Below, one piece after another: positions 25,247-29,974 of a stretch of 29,974 bases of DNA (positions are counted from its first letter, which is position 1; every line of letters starts with the position of its first letter). The notes beneath the pieces are model-generated. The model saw only the letters and a list, made by a program, of their open reading frames with translations. It was not told where the DNA came from and ran no database searches. The translations under genes and the position numbers were made by a program. This stretch comes from Propionibacteriaceae bacterium (GTDB lineage: Bacteria > Actinomycetota > Actinomycetes > Propionibacteriales > Propionibacteriaceae). Location: positions 1-29,974 of the forward strand of contig JAYUEA010000476.1 in NCBI GenBank assembly GCA_043739465.1, read 5' to 3'.

Positions 25247-26659
25247 TTATCCGAATGACCTGGCCAGCAGCGCTCTCCTCGCCAGGCTGACGGTGCCCAG
25301 AGGCTGCGTCTGCCAGTCGAGGACGGCTGTGCCGGCGGTCGTGTCGATCCGCACGTCGAGCACGTGCGGGCTGTGGAGCGGCACGATCTTGGCGGTCAGG
25401 ATGCCCGGCTCGATCCACCCGCCGGTGCCGGCGGTGTGGACGATGCTGCCGTCGGGCAGGGTCGTCGAGACCCGCGCCCAGGTGCCGTCGCCGAGCGGTA
25501 CGGCGACCGGCCCGGTGCCGTCGTCGAAGGTCAGCGTGCTGCCGTCGAGGATGACGGATCCGGAGGCCGTCACCATCGCTGCCGCACTGCCCGTGGCGGT
25601 CAGCTCGTACCTGCCGGGAGTTCCCTCGTGGGTCGACGCAACCGTGGGCAGCTCGCGGGCGGCGAGGAACGCCGTCAGATCCCCTGAGCCTGTCGAAGGG
25701 GCCTCGGTCTCGGGCAGCGCCTGCTCGTGCAGGCCCGGCAGCAGGTGCTGCCACACCAGGTCGAGCTCGAGCTGCATGTCGTCGACCTGCGCGCACGCGG
25801 CCACGACGAGGTCCTCCTCGCGCAGGACGAGGCAGAGCTGACCGTACGCACCGTCGCCGCGCCAACCGTGGCGGCTGCGCCACATCTGGAAGCCGTAGCC
25901 CTGCGACCAGTCCGGGTTACCACCGGGGTTGTCGACCTGCACGGTCATGGCCTCGTCGGTCCACGCCTGGGGCAGCAGCCGTGTGTCGCCGTACACACCG
26001 CCGTTCAGGATCGTCAGACCCAGCCTCGCCACGGCGTCGGCCGTGATGTGGAGGCCCGAGAAGCCCTGGTCGTATTGGCCGAGCGTCAGCCACTCGATCG
26101 GGCCGATGCCCAGAGGGTCGAACAGCCGCGGGCGCAGGTAGTCGTGCAGCGGCTGGCCGGTGACGCGCTGGACCAGCGCCGACTGCGTGAGGGTGCAGCC
26201 CTGGTTGTAGCAGAACACCGAGCCCGGCTCCTGGTCCGGCTCGAGGCGCAGGAACGAGCCGACAGGGTCCGCCGGGTCGAGCTTCTCGATCGTGTCCTCG
26301 GTGTGCCCGGACGCCATCGAGAGCGCGTTGCGGAGCGTGATCCGCTTCGCCACGGGGCCGACGCCGGTGATCTCCGGGAAGTACGAGACCACCGGGGCGT
26401 CGATCTCGAGCAGTCCGTCCGCCACGGTCATGCCCACCGCGGACGCGGTGAACGTCTTGGACAGCGAGTACTTCAGCACGTTGTCGTCGGGCAGGTACGG
26501 GGCCCAGGTCGACGACGCAACGAGGTGCCCGTGACGGATGACCCTCAACGCGAACGGCCGGATCCCGGAGCCCTCCCAGGCCTCGACGAGGGCCTTGATG
26601 GCGCGGGGGTCCACCCCTTGGGCCTCTGGTGACGATGTCGGCAACGTGTACGTGTTCAC
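25247..26659 (-). CDS. Beta-lactamase-family serine hydrolase with a C-terminal extension
   Basis: YSLSKTF (SxxK), FCYNQ, GYGFQMW and RGDGAYGQ; GTG 26659 lies 7 nt after TAGCGT. The longer ORF-track start is spurious. Confidence 0.88.
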   Translation of the reverse strand: MNTYTLPTSSPEAQGVDPRAIKALVEAWEGSGIRPFALRVIRHGHLVASSTWAPYLPDDNVLKYSLSKTFTASAVGMTVADGLLEIDAPVVSYFPEITGVGPVAKRITLRNALSMASGHTEDTIEKLDPADPVGSFLRLEPDQEPGSVFCYNQGCTLTQSALVQRVTGQPLHDYLRPRLFDPLGIGPIEWLTLGQYDQGFSGLHITADAVARLGLTILNGGVYGDTRLLPQAWTDEAMTVQVDNPGGNPDWSQGYGFQMWRSRHGWRGDGAYGQLCLVLREEDLVVAACAQVDDMQLELDLVWQHLLPGLHEQALPETEAPSTGSGDLTAFLAARELPTVASTHEGTPGRYELTATGSAAAMVTASGSVILDGSTLTFDDGTGPVAVPLGDGTWARVSTTLPDGSIVHTAGTGGWIEPGILTAKIVPLHSPHVLDVRIDTTAGTAVLDWQTQPLGTVSLARRALLARSFG

Positions 26660-26724
26660 CCGACCGACGCTACTCACCCTCACCACAGCCCGCGGCCGAA
26701 AACGCCGATCCCTAGACTGCCGCC

Positions 26725-27609
26725 ATGACCTCACGGGTGGCACTTGACGGCGGACAGTCCGGGTGTCGGACGCGCAACGCTGCCGGCACGATCTGGAAGG
26801 GGATCGGTATCGACACGTCGCACCCCCGGATCCCCCAGCTGGCCGCCGCCGTGCGCGCCGCGGCCCCGGAGGGCGCCGAGAAGGTGCTCGTCGGTACGAC
26901 CGGGCTGGGCGCCGAGGACACCGCAGCCGCCCTCCTGGCGGAGCTGAGCGAGCACGGGACACGTACGGTGCTGCTCGCTCACGACTCGGTCACGAGCTTC
27001 CTCGGCGCCCTCGGCGACCGCCCGGGCTGCGTGATCGCCTCGGGCACAGGCGTGGTGACCCTCGCAGCCGGCGCGACGCAGGCGGCCCGCGTCGACGGGT
27101 GGGGCTGGATCCTCGGGGATGCCGGCAGCGGCTTCTGGATCGGCCGCCGGGCGATCGACATGGCGCTGCGCGCGTTCGACGGCCGCGGACCGCAGACCGC
27201 CCTGCTCGATCTCGTACGGGCCGACTTCGGCGACCCTGCTCTCGCCTACCTGACGCTCCAAGCCGACCCCCACCGCGTCGCGCGCACGGCGGCCTACGCG
27301 CGCAAGGTGGACGACCTCGCCGCGACCGACTCGGTGGCTGCGCAGGTGCTCCGCGACGCCGCGTACGAGCTCGTCACGTCGGTCACGACCGGCCTCGCCC
27401 GCGTGGACGGTGGCCCGGATGATCCGGTCTGCGCACTCGGTAACGTCTTTCGCAGCGCGACGCTGAAGGCCGCCTTCGCGGAGGGTCTGGCCGATCGCGC
27501 CCCGCGGCACCCGATCGTGGAAGCGGAGGGTACCGGCCTCGACGGCGCTGACCTGTTGGACAGGATCCAGACGGGTCTCGCGCCACTCGTGGACGTCGCG
27601 CAGGTCTAG
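26725..27609 (+). CDS. BadF/BadG/BcrA/BcrD-family sugar kinase (GlcNAc/MurNAc kinase-like)
   Basis: LDGGQSGCR, AHDS, IASGTG and GWGWILGDAGSGFWIG; ATG 6 nt after TAGACT. Confidence 0.88.
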   Translation: MTSRVALDGGQSGCRTRNAAGTIWKGIGIDTSHPRIPQLAAAVRAAAPEGAEKVLVGTTGLGAEDTAAALLAELSEHGTRTVLLAHDSVTSFLGALGDRPGCVIASGTGVVTLAAGATQAARVDGWGWILGDAGSGFWIGRRAIDMALRAFDGRGPQTALLDLVRADFGDPALAYLTLQADPHRVARTAAYARKVDDLAATDSVAAQVLRDAAYELVTSVTTGLARVDGGPDDPVCALGNVFRSATLKAAFAEGLADRAPRHPIVEAEGTGLDGADLLDRIQTGLAPLVDVAQV

Positions 27610-27622
27610 GGCCTAGACCGGC

Positions 27623-28507
27623 CTAGACCGAGTCGGGCGGGATCTCCTCGTAGCCATACACGTCGGCGCCGTTGGCGGCGATCTCGGCGGCGGCTGCCTC
27701 CCGGTCATGCGTGGCGGCCTGGACGGCCGCGTTCGCGGACGCGTAGATGTCATGGGCGCTCGCGGTCGTGCTGCGCTCGCAGACGAGCGTCTGGCCAAGC
27801 GCGGGACCGAACTCCTTGCCGCCGAACACCTCGGTCTTCACGAACTCGTAGTAGCCGGCCTTGGCGGTCGTGTACGGGTTGTTCGCCGCACACCGGGCCA
27901 CGTAGTAGCCGACGACCTCGCTGAACGTCTCCGAGGCCGACCCTCCGTAGGAGCCCAAGCGGCCGAGCCTCGAGTACAGGCTGGTGAAGTCCGCCCAGTA
28001 GGTCGGGTTGTCGGAGCGGTCCCGCGAGTATGCATGGCTGACCTCATGGACGAACAGCCGCGACACGTGGCCGGGGTCGGTCTGGTAGCTGGTCAGCAGC
28101 TGCGGGAAGTCGAGGCTGACTGCGTCGCGCTTGCTGAGGCCGTAGTCGCCGGCCACCCAGCCGCCGATGGTCGTCGCCCGCAGCTCGAGGGCGCCGACCT
28201 TGGAGTGGAGCGTCGTCAGGTACGGGGTGCAGCTGATCGCGTCGAGGGTCTGCCACATCATCGCGACGATCGGCCGGTACGTCTCGTCGGCCCAGTAGCT
28301 GCCGGTGGGCGTGAAGCCCCAGTTCGACCCGATGCCGTCGCGCAGCTGAACCATGGAGAGCTGCGGGCTGTACGGGTGCGTCGAGGGACACGCAGCGGGG
28401 ATGACCACCGGCTCACCGTCCGGGGCGGCCTTCGCGACCACAGGCACCAGGGACACGGCGACGGCCAGAAGTGCCACGAGAGCGGCACGGCCTACGCGCG
28501 CGAACAC
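27623..28507 (-). CDS. Secreted zinc metallopeptidase-like protein (HExxH)
   Basis: GGAGG RBS then GTG 28507; signal peptide ending AKA; HEVSH motif, downstream ETFSE; four Cys. Confidence 0.75.
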   Translation of the reverse strand: MFARVGRAALVALLAVAVSLVPVVAKAAPDGEPVVIPAACPSTHPYSPQLSMVQLRDGIGSNWGFTPTGSYWADETYRPIVAMMWQTLDAISCTPYLTTLHSKVGALELRATTIGGWVAGDYGLSKRDAVSLDFPQLLTSYQTDPGHVSRLFVHEVSHAYSRDRSDNPTYWADFTSLYSRLGRLGSYGGSASETFSEVVGYYVARCAANNPYTTAKAGYYEFVKTEVFGGKEFGPALGQTLVCERSTTASAHDIYASANAAVQAATHDREAAAAEIAANGADVYGYEEIPPDSV

Positions 28508-28694
28508 CTGACGGCACCTCCAGGGACGGATATGTCTTCCTGAGACCCTCTCAGCAAAGGGCCCCACGTGCAAGTTGGGGACCACGTGTCACCCGCGCCC
28601 ATCAATGGGCTTCCCACTCCTCCGTACACACTGTCGCTGCCGCTCTCGGAGGGCTGTCTCTGGGCTGGGCACCACCCGTGCCGCGCCGCCTACC

Positions 28695-29378
28695 TCAGCG
28701 GGGGTTGGAGACCACGTCGAGGAAGATCTCCAGGCTTGAGAAGAAGCGGCGGCCGTCGACCGAGGACGAGTCGGCTTCGTTGGCGCTGCACTCAGGATGG
28801 GCCATCAGCCCGACCACGGTGCCGCGTTCGTTCGTGATGCCGGCGATGTCGTGGGCGGACCCGGTCGGGTTCGTACCAACGTAGCGGAACACGATCTGGT
28901 CGGAGGCTTCGAGCTGCTCGAGCACCCCGGGAGTCGCGATGTAGCGACCCGAGCCGCAGGTGAGCGCCATCATGACCTCCTCGCCGGCCGCGAACTGGTT
29001 GGTCCACACGGTGTCGCGGGTCGCGACGCGAACTCGCTGCTCGACCGACAGGTACTCGTCACCGGCGTGGCTGGTGAGCGCCCCAGGCAGCAGCCGTGAC
29101 TCGCACAGGACCTGGAAGCCGTTGCCGATGCCGAGCACCGGCATCCCGTCGCGCGCCTGCTGGACGATCGCGTCGACGACGGGCGTGAACCTGGCCAGCG
29201 CGCCCGGCCGCAAGAAGTCGCCGAACGACGCACCTCCGGGCAGGACCACCGCCTCGACATCGCGGAGCGTGCGGTCCCCGTCGTGCAGGATGACGGGCTC
29301 ACCACCGACGGCGAGGACGGCATTCACGATGTCCGAGTCGTCCGTCGTACCCGGGAAGGTCACGACGCCCACCTTCAT
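28695..29378 (-). CDS. purQ: PurQ-like glutamine amidotransferase homolog lacking the catalytic Cys
   Basis: GVVTFPG, VLPGG.S.GD.LR, GMPVLGIGNGFQ (canonical GICNGFQ), LLPGAL, VFRY and GLMAHPE. Confidence 0.88.
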   Translation of the reverse strand: MKVGVVTFPGTTDDSDIVNAVLAVGGEPVILHDGDRTLRDVEAVVLPGGASFGDFLRPGALARFTPVVDAIVQQARDGMPVLGIGNGFQVLCESRLLPGALTSHAGDEYLSVEQRVRVATRDTVWTNQFAAGEEVMMALTCGSGRYIATPGVLEQLEASDQIVFRYVGTNPTGSAHDIAGITNERGTVVGLMAHPECSANEADSSSVDGRRFFSSLEIFLDVVSNPR

Positions 29379-29974
29379 GCGTCGGTCCCCTCGGTGGGTT
29401 CCTCCGTGGCGTGGTCGGCGACGGTGACCTGGTACGTCGTCGGCTCGGAGTCAGCCCCGTCGTCCTTGGCGCAGTCGCAGTCGTTTCCGCAGCCCTCGCC
29501 GTCGTCCGCGGCGCAGTCCTCGCACCCGCAGTCGCTGTCGACGAGCGACACCTCGAAGTCCTCGACCTCGCTGTGTACGAGCACCTCCTCGGCGGCCCTG
29601 TTCACCTGGTCGAGCCGCTCCTGGGTCAGCTCGCCGTCGAGGACGACCTCGAAGCGCTTGCCCTGACGAACTGTGAAGCCTACGTAGCCGAGCCGCTTCA
29701 GGGCCTCGGTGATGGCCGCACCCTGCGCGTCGTGGATGTCCTCCTTGAGCATGACGTCGACGATGAAGACCGACTGCTCGGTGGCGGGTGGGGCGTTCTC
29801 GGAGCCCTCCGCCGCATCCGTACCCTCGTCGGCCGGAGCCTGCCCCGCGGTCTCGGCCGGAGCCTCGTCAGCGGCAGCGACCTCTGCGGTCAGCGGGGCG
29901 GAAGGGCCGACCTGGGCGCCGGTGAGGCGCTGGTACGTGTCCGCGTAGGTCGCCGAGAGGTTCGACACCACGTC
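29375..29974 (-). CDS. purS: PurS-like domain with a Cys-rich tail, apparently fused to an upstream PurC C-terminus (partial; ORF open at the window edge)
   Basis: Frame open to base 29974: DVVSNLSATYADTYQRLTG (PurC-like end), acidic linker, VDVMLK..I.D.QG.AI..AL.RLG...VRQGKRFE (PurS), then CGCEDC...CGNDCDC; ATGA overlap with purQ. Confidence 0.8.
   Translation of the reverse strand, partial: DVVSNLSATYADTYQRLTGAQVGPSAPLTAEVAAADEAPAETAGQAPADEGTDAAEGSENAPPATEQSVFIVDVMLKEDIHDAQGAAITEALKRLGYVGFTVRQGKRFEVVLDGELTQERLDQVNRAAEEVLVHSEVEDFEVSLVDSDCGCEDCAADDGEGCGNDCDCAKDDGADSEPTTYQVTVADHATEEPTEGTDA

Noticed and set aside
27603-27630. GGTCTAGG-G-CCTAGACC palindrome with a 10-bp tandem duplication at the kinase/protease junction (a similar stop-codon palindrome occurs at 17682-17698)
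   Set aside because: Most simply short terminator-like junctions of convergent genes; too short to support a target-site duplication claim.

Overview
High-GC (about 70%) actinobacterial chromosomal segment; gene content is consistent with Propionibacteriales (inference). Core landmarks are tRNA-Glu/Asp/Phe, DUF3073-purM-purF and, at the right edge, a purC(3' end)-purS-purQ locus. That locus is aberrant: the PurC C-terminus appears fused to a divergent PurS with a 6-Cys acidic tail, the PurQ lacks its catalytic Cys, and no purL is present in the window. Between purF and purQ lie about 21 kb of accessory modules. These are a TetR-regulated KstD-like/SDR pair with a clear operator; a two-component system next to a secreted-protein/ApbE/MsrQ-like/NuoF-like/ferredoxin cluster (candidate trans-membrane electron-transfer system); an M20 dipeptidase; two DUF559-like nuclease genes; an SQR-TusE-DsrE sulfur operon with a CsoR/CstR-type operator; a serine hydrolase/BadF-kinase divergent pair; and a secreted HExxH protease. 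The most unusual non-coding signal is that each DUF559-like gene is bracketed by 78-bp inverted-repeat elements (15-bp arms, 48-nt spacer) and preceded by an identically spaced promoter with DnaA-box-like inverted motifs. A solitary copy of the element sits at 574-650. A 22-bp-unit head-to-head repeat array (3209-3507) and three frameshifted genes are also present. All family assignments come from motif recognition by eye; no database searches were run.
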